A program made the translations under genes and the position numbers. This document shows, one piece after another, positions 12,202-22,259 of a stretch of DNA of 64,000 bases. This stretch comes from Gemmatimonas sp. (lineage in GTDB: Bacteria; Gemmatimonadota; Gemmatimonadetes; Gemmatimonadales; Gemmatimonadaceae). The notes below the pieces were generated by a model that was given only the letters and a program-made list of their open reading frames with translations, did not search any database and was not told where the DNA came from. Location: assembly GCA_031414535.1 (NCBI GenBank), contig JANNVQ010000014.1:256001-320000 (forward strand). The letters are read 5' to 3'. Each line of letters starts with the position of its first letter. Position 1 is the first letter of the stretch.

Positions 12202-13448
12202 GGCTCGGGTGTCCCGACCCAGCTCAACTGGCTCCGGCCCGCCCCACCGCTCGTCCGGCGCACCAAATGCGAGCCATCCGCACGCACCGTGTACACCTGC
12301 CAGTCGTGGCCATTGGCCGCGTCGTGCGACGACGAGAACGCCACGAAGCGGCCGTCCGGCGACCAGGCCGGCGAGCTCTGCCCACCACCAAGCGTGTACG
12401 GCAAGAAGCGCCGCACAACTCCAGTGCTCGCGTCGAGCGCCATGACCTCGGGCTGACCCTCCAACGGCGTGCGCGTGAACAGCAGTGCACGGCCATTCGG
12501 TGACCATGCCGGTGTGCCATCCCGATGCGCGCCGGGCTCCGTCTCATTGCGACGGTCGGTGCCGTTGGGGCGAACCGATGCCAACCAACTACGCTGCACG
12601 TTCCCCTCAATCCTCTCCTCTACGAAGGTGACACGGTGCACGCCGTCGACACCCGCAGTCTTCCACGTCGGCTGGTGCTGCGACGCCGCATCAGCGGTGA
12701 GGTTCACCTGCCGATCGCCGCTCACGCTCATCATCCAGATATCGGTGGGCAGCGTCCAACCTGGCCACCCGAACTCCGCCGACCAGCGGCGAAATACGAG
12801 ATGCGTGCCATCCGGACTCCACGCTGGCTCGTCCTCGTAGAATGCGTCGCCAGCCGTCAACATCCGGAGGCCAGTGCCGTCTTCATTCGCAATACAAATG
12901 GCCCAACCACGCGTCGTGTTGGGCTCGGGGCAACTGAACACCACCATTTGACTATTCGGTGAGACGCGCGGATGCCTCCCCTGCCCGGTCGCCAGCCACG
13001 GGCGAACCGAACCAGCATCACCCTCGAGGTCCGAACGGAACACACGAGGTCCGCCCAGCGAAACATCAGTAGATACAAGCAAAAGCGAACCACTCACTTC
13101 ACGCGTCACCGTCACCTGCACCGAGGCTGAGAGCGTGCCGCTCATCACCCGCACGTTCGTGATACCGGCGCGCAAGGCGCGCACCCAGCCGCTTTGCGTG
13201 GATGCCACAGCTCCATTCGCCACGGCCCATACGAAACTGCGACCCGGTACCGGCGCACCATCGGCGTCCTGGACCTCAGCCGTCACCAACAGCGAGTCGC
13301 CTTCAAGCATCGCGATGGTGCTTGCATTGACCACGAGACGCTCCACGCTGGGCTGCGGCTCCAACGGACCTGCTGAAGATTCGCTACAGCCCGCGAGCGC
13401 GATGATGGCGAAAAACGCCAACCGCATGCCAAAGCTCTGAGTTGACAT
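12198..13448 (-). CDS. Lipoprotein with Ig-like (Big_2) domain and TolB-like/PD40 beta-propeller
   Basis: Lipobox ALAGC, Ig-like segment, repeated PxWSPDG motifs; ATG 13448 overlaps the upstream TGA. Confidence 0.8.
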   Translation of the reverse strand: MSTQSFGMRLAFFAIIALAGCSESSAGPLEPQPSVERLVVNASTIAMLEGDSLLVTAEVQDADGAPVPGRSFVWAVANGAVASTQSGWVRALRAGITNVRVMSGTLSASVQVTVTREVSGSLLLVSTDVSLGGPRVFRSDLEGDAGSVRPWLATGQGRHPRVSPNSQMVVFSCPEPNTTRGWAICIANEDGTGLRMLTAGDAFYEDEPAWSPDGTHLVFRRWSAEFGWPGWTLPTDIWMMSVSGDRQVNLTADAASQHQPTWKTAGVDGVHRVTFVEERIEGNVQRSWLASVRPNGTDRRNETEPGAHRDGTPAWSPNGRALLFTRTPLEGQPEVMALDASTGVVRRFLPYTLGGGQSSPAWSPDGRFVAFSSSHDAANGHDWQVYTVRADGSHLVRRTSGGAGRSQLSWVGTPEP

Positions 13449-14365
13449 CACCGTGTGAGCTCCTTCACCAGCGTGCGCAGCGCTTCCTGCCAAGCCAACG
13501 GCTGCCCAGGCAGGTCCTCGCGGCGACGCGTGCGCAGCGCCTCTACGTCCGAGTCCTCCAACAGCGCCGTCGCGCCCACGCCGCTCACGATGATATTCGT
13601 GCGCTTGGCATAAATGCCTTCCGCGCCAATCCGGCGCGCGCGGCCGTCGCGCCCCATCAATGCACCTGTTAGCTGAATCACCTGCACTGGCTGCTCCAGC
13701 GACGTCACCCACGGCAACGCCTGCACGTGGTTGCTGCCCAAATCCACGGACTTGTTGCCCCGCAGTCCGGTCTGGCGGATGAGATACTCGCCGGTCTCGA
13801 TGGTGATCACTAGCCCCAGTTCGACTCCGCTGTTCTCCGTCTCTTCGGCGAACCAACTGGTCCACTCTGCCGACGGACGGCCGACTTCAAGCTTCATCTG
13901 ATTCAAATTCGGATTGCGGCCGAGCACGCTATCGCCGCGCTCCTCGCAGTCCTCGCCGGGGAGATTCCCGACGCGCAGACAGCCGAAGCGCACATCGGGA
14001 GCGATGCCGCGCATTGCGGGACGCGCGCCGGCCGGGCCACCCTCGAGCAGGCGCACCGGCGCCGTGCCATTAGCTGTCGTGATCGAATCGAGATACACAT
14101 TCATCTCGGCGAGCAGTACCGCCATCGGCGAGTTTGCGTCGCCGCTGGGATCGAACATCGCCTCGGTGCCGGCGCGCTTTTGGTACATGATGGGCGCAAT
14201 GCCCACCCGCTGGCCGGCGGGGAGATTCGGGGTTCGGCGCGCCGCGGCGTACCACGGCGAGCGCGAGAGCATGGCATCACCGACGCCGGCACCGTAGGTG
14301 GCGCCGGTCGTGGCGCAGGCGGTCGTGAGCAAGAAGAGCGAGAAAACAGCAAAGTGGCGTAGCAT
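13448..14365 (-). CDS. Hypothetical lipoprotein
   Basis: Signal peptide with LTTAC lipobox; GGAG RBS. Confidence 0.7.
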   Translation of the reverse strand: MLRHFAVFSLFLLTTACATTGATYGAGVGDAMLSRSPWYAAARRTPNLPAGQRVGIAPIMYQKRAGTEAMFDPSGDANSPMAVLLAEMNVYLDSITTANGTAPVRLLEGGPAGARPAMRGIAPDVRFGCLRVGNLPGEDCEERGDSVLGRNPNLNQMKLEVGRPSAEWTSWFAEETENSGVELGLVITIETGEYLIRQTGLRGNKSVDLGSNHVQALPWVTSLEQPVQVIQLTGALMGRDGRARRIGAEGIYAKRTNIIVSGVGATALLEDSDVEALRTRRREDLPGQPLAWQEALRTLVKELTR

Positions 14366-14425
14366 CTGAACTCCGTCTGGTTGATGTGACGGGAGAACGA
14401 TGCCAGAGCCCGCTTAGGAGCTCGC

Positions 14426-17332
14426 TTAAACGGCCTGCCCGGCGCGAATAGCCCCTGCCAAGTTGCGCATGTTCATCGAGGGCATCGCCCCGACTTGGTC
14501 GCGCAACGACTCAGTCAGCTTCTCGTAGACGCGCAACGCCTCGGTACGGCGGTCGTCTCGCGCGAGCGTGAGCATCAGCAGCCGCGCGGCCTCCTCGTGC
14601 GCGGGATCCATCGCGACTAAGCGCCTCAGCAAATCCGCCGCCTCGGCGTTCCGTCCCTCCACACTCAGCGCCTCGGCGAGCGCTACCAGCGCGTCTTCGT
14701 GCAAGCGCGCGAGCTGGTCGCGCATCTCCAGGTGCCAGTCGCCCGCGTCTTCTTCCTCGAGGAAGGGGCCATCGTAACGCGCGAGCGCTGCGCGCAGCAA
14801 TTCCACCGCGCGCGCGTCATCGGGATCCTTGCGCAGCAGCTTGAGGCCACGCTCGGCGTCGGCCGTGAAGCTCGCCACATCGAATGCCACAAGATCCGCC
14901 GCCGCGAGATAGCGCCCCTTCTCGTAGCGCACCCAGTTGCCATCGCCCAGCGTCTTCCGTAGGTGATGCAGCGTGACGTGGAAGTTGTTCTTCACCTGCG
15001 CGGCAGAGACTTCAGGCCAGAACGCCAAACCAATTTGGTCGCGCGTTCTGCCTTCTGGATGCGAGAGCAAGTACAGCAGTAACTCTCGCGGCTTCGCGTA
15101 CGGCCACTCCTCGGCACCGAGCTCCACGCCCGCGCGCAGGATACGCAGGCGCCCGAGCGCCCGCACGTCGAGCGGCGCCGCCGACTCCGCCCCGGCTTGC
15201 ACATCCGAGACCGGCGCTGACACCACATCGTGCATCTCCGGCACTGCAGCCGTCTCCAGCGCGTAACGCATTGCCTGCATGCAGGTCATCGGCCGGCCAA
15301 GTTCCACTGCCGCGGCGTATGCCGCCGGCGACATCCGCGCGCGGAGTCGTGCGGGAATCTCATTCACTACCGCACGCTCGCCGGAAAGTGACGAGGCACC
15401 CACGGCCTCGTACCACGCTTCGGTGATGCTAAAAAGCGTCGCCGCGCGCGCGAGATCTCCTTGCTCCTCCGCCACCGCCGCGAGGATGCGAAGGTTGCGA
15501 CCCGCCAACCAACGATTCTCGCGGTCCCACTCGTGCTGTAACGACTGCACAGCCAGCCACGCCGCGCGCGCGTTATTGCCTAGCCGTAACGAGACAAACG
15601 CCTGCGCATCCAACGCGTACGAAATTCCCGTGTGATACTCGCGCGCGCGGAACGCAGCGATGGCCTCGTCGAGCAGCTGCATCGAGCGTGACCACTCCCC
15701 GCGCCAGTTGAGCACCGGCACCATCCCGTGCGCCTTGGCGAGCGCCGCGTCCCAGGGATCTGGCTGCCGCTCGGCGAGCTGCAGCATGCGCTCCGCGAAG
15801 CCTTGCGCCGCGTCCACATCGGCGCGAATGCTGGCCGCCACTACACGCACCAAGAGCGTGAACGCCAGCCAACGCTCTTCGCCGGCCGCAATCCAGGCCT
15901 GCTCCGCCTCGGCCAACCGTTCTTCAGATCCGGGCTGCATCACGTGCAGTCCAAACACGCCGAGTCCATGCAACCCAGCAGCTCGGTGCGCGTCGCTGGG
16001 ACTCACGGACGAGTCCAGCGCGAGTTGGCTCTGCGTCAATCCCTCGCGCCACAGCTGGCGATGGTACCAGTACCACTGCAGGCTCCACACCATCGGCAGG
16101 CCAATGTCATCGCCACGACGCTCGGACGCGCTCCACGCCAGCGCCGCGAGAATGTTGCCATGCTCGAGGTCCAACTCCTGTAAGCGATTGGCCCGAGCGA
16201 GAATCACTTCATCACGACGCTGTCGGAGAAAGCGCTCGAAGTAGCGCGCGTGCCGCTCGCTCAACTCCGGCTCGGCATCACGTGCGGCACGGCGCTCGCC
16301 CGCGTACTCGCGGATGGTCTCCAACAGGCGATACCGCGGCAGGCCGCCATCGTCCTGCATTGCGACCAACGACTTCGCCGCGATGGACGCGAGCACATCG
16401 AGCACGCGCGACGGCGAGATCGGCGCAAATCCGCAGACGTCTTCAGCGGCCTCAAGCGTGAAGCCACCCACAAACGTCGATAGCCGCTCGAGCAGCCGCC
16501 GCTCATCCGCCTCCAGCAGCTCATAGCTCCAGTCCACAGCGGCGCGCAGCGTGCGCTGACGCGGCGGCGCATTGCGCGAACCTGCAGTGAGCAACGCAAA
16601 GCGATCTGTCAGACGCTCGGCAACTTGAGCCGGTGTGAGTACCGCCGTGCGAGCGGCCGCAAGTTCAATCGCCAACGGCAGCCCGTCGAGCCGACGTACG
16701 ATGCGCACAATGGCATCCACGTTGGCCGCGCTGAGCACGAAGTCCGGCTTCACGTCCGCCGCGCGCTCCACGAAGAGCCGGCCAGCACCGCTCGCCATCA
16801 CGTCGGCCACGGTGGCCGCAGCCTCTGACGGCAATGTGAGCGTCGGCACCAACCACGAGCGCTCACCAGTCACACCCAAAGCCTCGCGACTGGTGGTGAG
16901 CACGCGGAGCGAGGGCACCACGCTCAACAGTCGCTCCACAAGTGTCGCGCAGGACTCGACCAAGTGCTCGCAATTGTCGAGCACGAGCAGCACGCGTCGC
17001 TCCGTCAGCACGGCCTGCATCGCCTGAATCGCAGAACCACCACCCTCGGCGCGGACCCCGAGGGCCACGGCCACGTGCACAACCACGCTCGCAGGGTCAT
17101 CCACGCCCTGCAACTCAATCCATGCAACGTCGAGCGCAGGGTCACGCTCCGCTTCTGCACGCGCCGCTGCGATGGCGAGACGCGTCTTGCCACTGCCGCC
17201 AGCGCCCGTGAGCGTGAGCAGGCGCGACTCGGCCAGCAACGCGGAGACCGCGGCGAGATCCCGCTCACGTCCGATAAACTCGGTGAGCGGAGCAGGGATG
17301 GCGGCGCTGGGAGAGGCAGCTTGGTTGAGCAT
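14426..17332 (-). CDS. STAND (NB-ARC-like) ATPase transcriptional regulator with C-terminal SARP wHTH and BTAD domains
   Basis: FIGRERDL, GAGGSGKT, LLVLDNCEH, TTSRE, LDGLPLAIELAAAR, helical repeats, then RALGRLRI..LAFWPE..HLRK and BTAD-like DPAHEEA..LML; start at ATG 17332. Confidence 0.88.
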   Translation of the reverse strand: MLNQAASPSAAIPAPLTEFIGRERDLAAVSALLAESRLLTLTGAGGSGKTRLAIAAARAEAERDPALDVAWIELQGVDDPASVVVHVAVALGVRAEGGGSAIQAMQAVLTERRVLLVLDNCEHLVESCATLVERLLSVVPSLRVLTTSREALGVTGERSWLVPTLTLPSEAAATVADVMASGAGRLFVERAADVKPDFVLSAANVDAIVRIVRRLDGLPLAIELAAARTAVLTPAQVAERLTDRFALLTAGSRNAPPRQRTLRAAVDWSYELLEADERRLLERLSTFVGGFTLEAAEDVCGFAPISPSRVLDVLASIAAKSLVAMQDDGGLPRYRLLETIREYAGERRAARDAEPELSERHARYFERFLRQRRDEVILARANRLQELDLEHGNILAALAWSASERRGDDIGLPMVWSLQWYWYHRQLWREGLTQSQLALDSSVSPSDAHRAAGLHGLGVFGLHVMQPGSEERLAEAEQAWIAAGEERWLAFTLLVRVVAASIRADVDAAQGFAERMLQLAERQPDPWDAALAKAHGMVPVLNWRGEWSRSMQLLDEAIAAFRAREYHTGISYALDAQAFVSLRLGNNARAAWLAVQSLQHEWDRENRWLAGRNLRILAAVAEEQGDLARAATLFSITEAWYEAVGASSLSGERAVVNEIPARLRARMSPAAYAAAVELGRPMTCMQAMRYALETAAVPEMHDVVSAPVSDVQAGAESAAPLDVRALGRLRILRAGVELGAEEWPYAKPRELLLYLLSHPEGRTRDQIGLAFWPEVSAAQVKNNFHVTLHHLRKTLGDGNWVRYEKGRYLAAADLVAFDVASFTADAERGLKLLRKDPDDARAVELLRAALARYDGPFLEEEDAGDWHLEMRDQLARLHEDALVALAEALSVEGRNAEAADLLRRLVAMDPAHEEAARLLMLTLARDDRRTEALRVYEKLTESLRDQVGAMPSMNMRNLAGAIRAGQAV

Positions 17333-17367
17333 ACTGCGCGACAGAATCTCCCGCGGAGCGCGCGATG

Positions 17368-17760
17368 TCAACCGGTGGTGATACGCCCCGCCAACTCCAT
17401 CCAATCCACAGGCGGCTCGCTCACCCACACCAGGCGACGGACGTGGTCGGGATGCGCCGCGGCAAAGCGCCGAAGCTCCGTCTCCAACGCCATCGTCGCC
17501 ACGATGGTCACGTTGTACAGGCCCAGGCCATCCAAGAAGCCGCACAGCCAGCGCCCGAACGCTTCGGCATCCCCAAGCACCGGCAACGCAAGAATGGAGA
17601 TGCTGTCGGGAATCACCACCCGAAGCTGGTTCGCCAATGGCGCAAGCTGCGCAGCGTCACGAGGTGGCAGGAGCACCAGCACGGCGTCGCCTCGACCGCC
17701 GCGCTGGTAACTCGTTTCTACCTCGCCGACCATGACGGAGGCGCGATGGAGATCACTCAC
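17368..17760 (-). CDS. Short, degenerate alpha/beta-hydrolase-like protein
   Basis: GGRGDAVLVL..RVVIPD..FLDGLGL..FAAAHPDHVRRLVWV; no GxSxG; GTG overlaps the upstream stop (GTGA). Confidence 0.6.
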   Translation of the reverse strand: MSDLHRASVMVGEVETSYQRGGRGDAVLVLLPPRDAAQLAPLANQLRVVIPDSISILALPVLGDAEAFGRWLCGFLDGLGLYNVTIVATMALETELRRFAAAHPDHVRRLVWVSEPPVDWMELAGRITTG

Positions 17761-19253
17761 GGGTTGGGCACCCACGTGAACTCACCCTTGCCGAATCCAC
17801 CCGTAGAACGCAGACGCACATCCGTGCCATCAATGCGCGCCGTGTAAATCTGCGGCACCCAGCCGCCATCCACCTCCGCGTGCTGCGACGCGAACACCAC
17901 GTAGCGACCGTTCGGCGACACCACCGGATGGAACTGCCCGCCCGGCGGCAGCGACGCGGCGAGGAACGACCGCACTGCACCAGTCGCCACGTTCAGCGAG
18001 AGAATCTCGTTGTTCGAGCCGCCCCCGATTCTCGTGAACAGGAGCGTCGTCGCATCGGGCGTCCACTGCGGACGGATCTCCACATGATTGAGGCCCTGCG
18101 TGATATAGCGACGGTCGCTGCCATCGGCCCGCATCGTGGCAAGTCGCGACGTCTCGTAACCATTGATCACGCTGTCCTGCACGAAGGCGATGCGATACGC
18201 GCCATCTACCGGCACTGGCGACCACGTCGGCCAATGCTGCGAGCGCGCGTCAGATGTCAGGTTCACGGCGTTCGCACCATTCGCATCCATCACCCAGATG
18301 TCCGTCGGATTCCACGGACCCGGTGAGGCGAACTGGGTCCAACGGCGGAAGACAATCTTCTGCCCGTCTGGGCTCCAGCTCGGCTGGTCTTCGTAGTTCA
18401 TATCGCTGTCAGTGAGGCGCGCGTAGTTGCCACCGTCCAAATCCGAGACGCAGATGCCAGGCCCAGCCGCCACACAGGTCCACACGATGCGCTGGCCGTT
18501 GGGCGAGATGGATGGATGCCAGTTGCCGTTGTCGTCGAACACCGGACGCTTCGTGGCGTGGTTGCGCGGATCCACCCGATACATCCGCTGCGCACCGAAC
18601 GGACCATCTGCGGACACAAACACGAGTTCACCACCGAAGGTCGGACGCACCTGCACCAACGCCTGCACGAACAGATTACCGAGGCTCGCGCGAATGACGG
18701 CGCTACCTTCGGTCCTCGCCGTGACGGTACCCCCCGACACCGAGGCAATGTCGTCCGAGAGCGAGGCCCAAGCCACCGCAGCCGCGCTGATGTCTTCGCC
18801 AAGCGCATTGCGCAGCGTGACGGAGAGCTGCGCCTGGCCGCCTTCGTCGAGGCTGAGCTGCGTCGTGTTGAGGGTGAGGCTGGCAGGCGCCGGCGGACCG
18901 ACGGCAATCTCTAGCTGACGGGTGAGGCCGCCCGCTGTGACCTGCAGTCTGGCCCCTGCCTCGAGGTGCGCCGTGGCCAAGCCCTGCGCCGTGACGGACA
19001 CGACCGTGGGGTCGAGACTCACCCAAAGAACCGGGCGATCATTCAGCGCCTGCCCAGAAGCAGACTTGGGAATCGCCGCGAGTTGCAGCTGCTGGCCGCG
19101 CGCCATCACGGGAGCGGCGGGCTCAAGGTCGATGCTCGCCACCGGCGTGATGACCGGCGTGGGCTCGACGGGCGAGTCCTTGCAGCCCACCAGGCCCACG
19201 GCCTGCGCGATGAACATCAGTTGGATGAGACGTACATAGAAGCGGGATGGCAT
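17757..19253 (-). CDS. Lipoprotein with two Ig-like domains and TolB-like/PD40 beta-propeller
   Basis: Lipobox GLVGC, two Big_2-like segments, PSWSPDG repeats; paralogous to 12198-13448. Confidence 0.82.
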   Translation of the reverse strand: MPSRFYVRLIQLMFIAQAVGLVGCKDSPVEPTPVITPVASIDLEPAAPVMARGQQLQLAAIPKSASGQALNDRPVLWVSLDPTVVSVTAQGLATAHLEAGARLQVTAGGLTRQLEIAVGPPAPASLTLNTTQLSLDEGGQAQLSVTLRNALGEDISAAAVAWASLSDDIASVSGGTVTARTEGSAVIRASLGNLFVQALVQVRPTFGGELVFVSADGPFGAQRMYRVDPRNHATKRPVFDDNGNWHPSISPNGQRIVWTCVAAGPGICVSDLDGGNYARLTDSDMNYEDQPSWSPDGQKIVFRRWTQFASPGPWNPTDIWVMDANGANAVNLTSDARSQHWPTWSPVPVDGAYRIAFVQDSVINGYETSRLATMRADGSDRRYITQGLNHVEIRPQWTPDATTLLFTRIGGGSNNEILSLNVATGAVRSFLAASLPPGGQFHPVVSPNGRYVVFASQHAEVDGGWVPQIYTARIDGTDVRLRSTGGFGKGEFTWVPNP

Positions 19254-19368
19254 TGGCACACTCAGCGGTTTGGCGTTTGATCGAGGGATGGATCCCCCCG
19301 ACGCGCCAAAAGCTCTTCCGCTCCGATTAGGGAGCCGCTTAAGCGGTGTCCGCGCTAGCTTAAGGGCC

Positions 19369-20286
19369 GTGCACGACCCCTCTGCCAAGGACCGCCTCGC
19401 CGCCTGGCGCCGCTCGCGCCCGCGCACGCCGCCACTCGAGCGACGCACCCTGCGCGTGCGGGGACTCGACTTCGCCGTGCGTAGCTCACCGCCCGTCCCC
19501 GGCGAAGTCCCGCTCGTCGCCATCAACGGCGGTCTGATCTACGGCCACGAACTGCTCTGGCCCACCCTCGCGCCCTTCGCCGAATACCGGCAGGTCATCC
19601 TTTACGATCAGCGCGGCCGCGGCGGCACCACTACCCCGCCCGGTGCACGCGCCGCGCGCATCGAACACGATGCGCTCGACCTGCAAGCTTTGCGCGAAGC
19701 GCTCAACATTCCGCTCTGGGACATCGCTGCGCACTCTTGGGGCTGCGGTATCGGCCTTCTCGGTGCCGCCCACGATGTGGACGGCGTACGCCGCGTCGTC
19801 ACCTTCGGAAGCGTCGGCCCCACCTCACGCTGGCTGCCCGGATTGCACGCGCGCGCCCTCGCGATGCTGCTCTCGCGTGACCGCCGCCGCGAGTACGAGG
19901 CACTGGCCGTACTCGACCCCGACACACTCACGCGTGACGATCCGGAAACGTACGCACACTACAGTCGCGCCCTGTACCCAGCGTATTTCCACGACGACAC
20001 AGCCATCCTCGGACCCCCGCCGCTCTCCATTTCCGCCACCGGCGCCGCCATCGCCGCCCGTCTACGCCGCGAAGGCTACGATTGGCGCGATACGCTCGCG
20101 CGCATCAAGGCACCCGTCCTACTCATTCACGGCGAGCAGGACTGCGTCCCCGTCGAAGAGTCGGCGGCGCATGCGCAGGTCATCGCGCGCGCCCACGTCA
20201 TGCGCGTGCCCCACTGCGGACACATGCCATTCTTCGAGTGGCCGGGACTGGTATTCGAAGCGGCACTGCGATTCATCTCGGCATGA
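19369..20286 (+). CDS. Alpha/beta hydrolase (proline iminopeptidase-like)
   Basis: YDQRGRG, AHSWG nucleophile elbow, HGEQD, GHMPF. Confidence 0.85.
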   Translation: MHDPSAKDRLAAWRRSRPRTPPLERRTLRVRGLDFAVRSSPPVPGEVPLVAINGGLIYGHELLWPTLAPFAEYRQVILYDQRGRGGTTTPPGARAARIEHDALDLQALREALNIPLWDIAAHSWGCGIGLLGAAHDVDGVRRVVTFGSVGPTSRWLPGLHARALAMLLSRDRRREYEALAVLDPDTLTRDDPETYAHYSRALYPAYFHDDTAILGPPPLSISATGAAIAARLRREGYDWRDTLARIKAPVLLIHGEQDCVPVEESAAHAQVIARAHVMRVPHCGHMPFFEWPGLVFEAALRFISA

Positions 20287-21017
20287 AGCGTTCCATCAAT
20301 GCCTTGCTCATCACGGCGGGGCTCGCCCTCCTCGCCTGCACACCCAACGATCCGCCTGCCTCGCGCAGCAAGCACATCGTGGTCGAAGACGACCCATCTG
20401 GCCTTAACAGCGAGCTCGACAGCTCCGCAATCGCTGCACCGGAGCGTGATGCTATCGCTATCGCCACGGCGCTCGAGACACGTCTCGATGGCACATACCT
20501 CGCCGAGCTCCTCGAGATGCGCGATGGCTGGAACTATCGCTGGCCGGATCGCCGCCTCGAACCGATGCGCGTGTGGATTCAACCCTCGCAGCTAGAGGGC
20601 TACCAGCCAGACTTCGCACGCGCTGTTGAATCGAGCTTCAACGACTGGGCGCTCATCGGCCTGCCGTTTCTCTTCACCTTCGTGCGCGATTCCGCACGCG
20701 CGGAAGTGCACGTGACTTGGGTCAGTCGCTTTGAGGCACGCATGACCGGACGCACGCTCTGGCGTCACGATCAGCACGGCTGGATCACCGGCGGTTCGCT
20801 CGAGCTAGCACTCAAGTTGCCCGATGGTCGCCCTGTCGTGATGGACGGCGTCCGCGCCATCGCGCTGCACGAAGTTGGGCACTTGGTGGGCCTTGATCAT
20901 CCCTCCGACCAAACCAGCGTGATGGCCGCGCAAGTATTCGTCACGCAAATGAACGAGGCGGACCGACGCACGGCCCGCCTCATCTACGATCTTCCGCCCG
21001 GACGACTGCGCCCCTAG
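20283..21017 (+). CDS. Matrixin (M10-like) zinc metalloprotease, lipoprotein
   Basis: LALLAC lipobox; HEVGHLVGLDH zinc motif and SVM Met-turn. Confidence 0.85.
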   Translation: MKRSINALLITAGLALLACTPNDPPASRSKHIVVEDDPSGLNSELDSSAIAAPERDAIAIATALETRLDGTYLAELLEMRDGWNYRWPDRRLEPMRVWIQPSQLEGYQPDFARAVESSFNDWALIGLPFLFTFVRDSARAEVHVTWVSRFEARMTGRTLWRHDQHGWITGGSLELALKLPDGRPVVMDGVRAIALHEVGHLVGLDHPSDQTSVMAAQVFVTQMNEADRRTARLIYDLPPGRLRP

Positions 21018-21034
21018 TCCCCGCGCTTTTGCAC

Positions 21035-22258
21035 TTAGGGCCGCGGCGCCCGCTCGGCGTTCCGCCGGATGGTCACCGTGCGCGTATCACGCGCACGCCA
21101 CACACGCAGCGTGGACTGATTTGCGTCCGTAAGGCTGAGCAGCCGCGCCAGCACAAGCGGCGAGGTCGCATTGGTGCCATCTACCGAGAGCACCACGTCG
21201 CCGGACTTGAGTCCAGCCGCAGCAGCAGCGGAGCCGGCCGCCACTTCGTTCACCAACACGCCATCGGTACCTGCGCGCACGCCTAGCACCGAACGCCAGT
21301 CCTCATCGAGAGAGCGGAACTGCGCGCCGTTGAAGTACGCAATCTCGCTCGTGGCGCCGTTTGTCACTCCGTAGAGAAAGACCATTGGCGCAACGGCGGC
21401 CGGTGGAGTCGGCGGCGTGGGTGGTGTTGGTGCCGTCGCCGCTGAGCCGCGTACCATTGGCGCACGAGCCGTCGGTGGCGTGGGCGGTTTCGGTGGCGTG
21501 CCAGGCATGGGCGATGCTCCCTGCACACTCGGCATTGGCAGCATAGTCACGACGCGATTCCCGTTCTCGTCGGCCGAATCTCGCACCCACACGCGCGCCA
21601 CGCTGCCCATCCGTAGTGGCTGCATCACGCGCTCAAACTCCGGGCAGGCCGTGCGCATCCGCTGCGGGCGCGGCGCAACCGTCACCACGAACTCCATCGC
21701 TTTGCCATCGCGCTCCACCACCACCGGTAGGCGACGACCGGGTTCCAGCAAGTCGGCCAAGCGCGGCACTGCCGTGCGTGCATCGCGCCCGCCTACGCTG
21801 ACCAAGCGATCTTCCGCATGAATGCCAGCAGCTTCGGCCGGCGAACCCGGCTCAACGCTCGTAATCATCGTGCGCTCCACCACCGCCACGTTGCGATCGC
21901 GCACTTCCAGTTCGTTGGTGATGGTCACGCCAAGGTAGCCGTTACTCACGGCCGCCTGCTGTTCCATGCAGCGCGACTCAATCACGCTCATCACGCTGAA
22001 GGCTTCGCGCGACACCCGCGCCAGCTGTTGCTCAAGATTGCGCCGCGCCACCACATCGTCGGCGGGTGTGTTGGCCAGCTCACGCAGCAAGCGCGCCTCA
22101 CGCGAGCGCAACTCATTCACGAGACGAATAATCTCATCTTCATTGAACTGCGTGGCCCGAGTACGCACAGGGCCCGACGCCGACGTCTGTTGCATCGCGG
22201 CCAGCGGCAGCGCGGTCGTGAACGCAAAGAGCGCAACGAGACTCAGCTTCACCTTCAT
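21035..22258 (-). CDS. Exported protein with two PDZ domains and Pro-rich linker
   Basis: Signal peptide; GYLGV..VEPGSPAEAAGI and VAAGSAAAAAGLKSGDVV PDZ motifs; no protease triad seen. Confidence 0.8.
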   Translation of the reverse strand: MKVKLSLVALFAFTTALPLAAMQQTSASGPVRTRATQFNEDEIIRLVNELRSREARLLRELANTPADDVVARRNLEQQLARVSREAFSVMSVIESRCMEQQAAVSNGYLGVTITNELEVRDRNVAVVERTMITSVEPGSPAEAAGIHAEDRLVSVGGRDARTAVPRLADLLEPGRRLPVVVERDGKAMEFVVTVAPRPQRMRTACPEFERVMQPLRMGSVARVWVRDSADENGNRVVTMLPMPSVQGASPMPGTPPKPPTPPTARAPMVRGSAATAPTPPTPPTPPAAVAPMVFLYGVTNGATSEIAYFNGAQFRSLDEDWRSVLGVRAGTDGVLVNEVAAGSAAAAAGLKSGDVVLSVDGTNATSPLVLARLLSLTDANQSTLRVWRARDTRTVTIRRNAERAPRP

Positions 22259-22259
22259 A

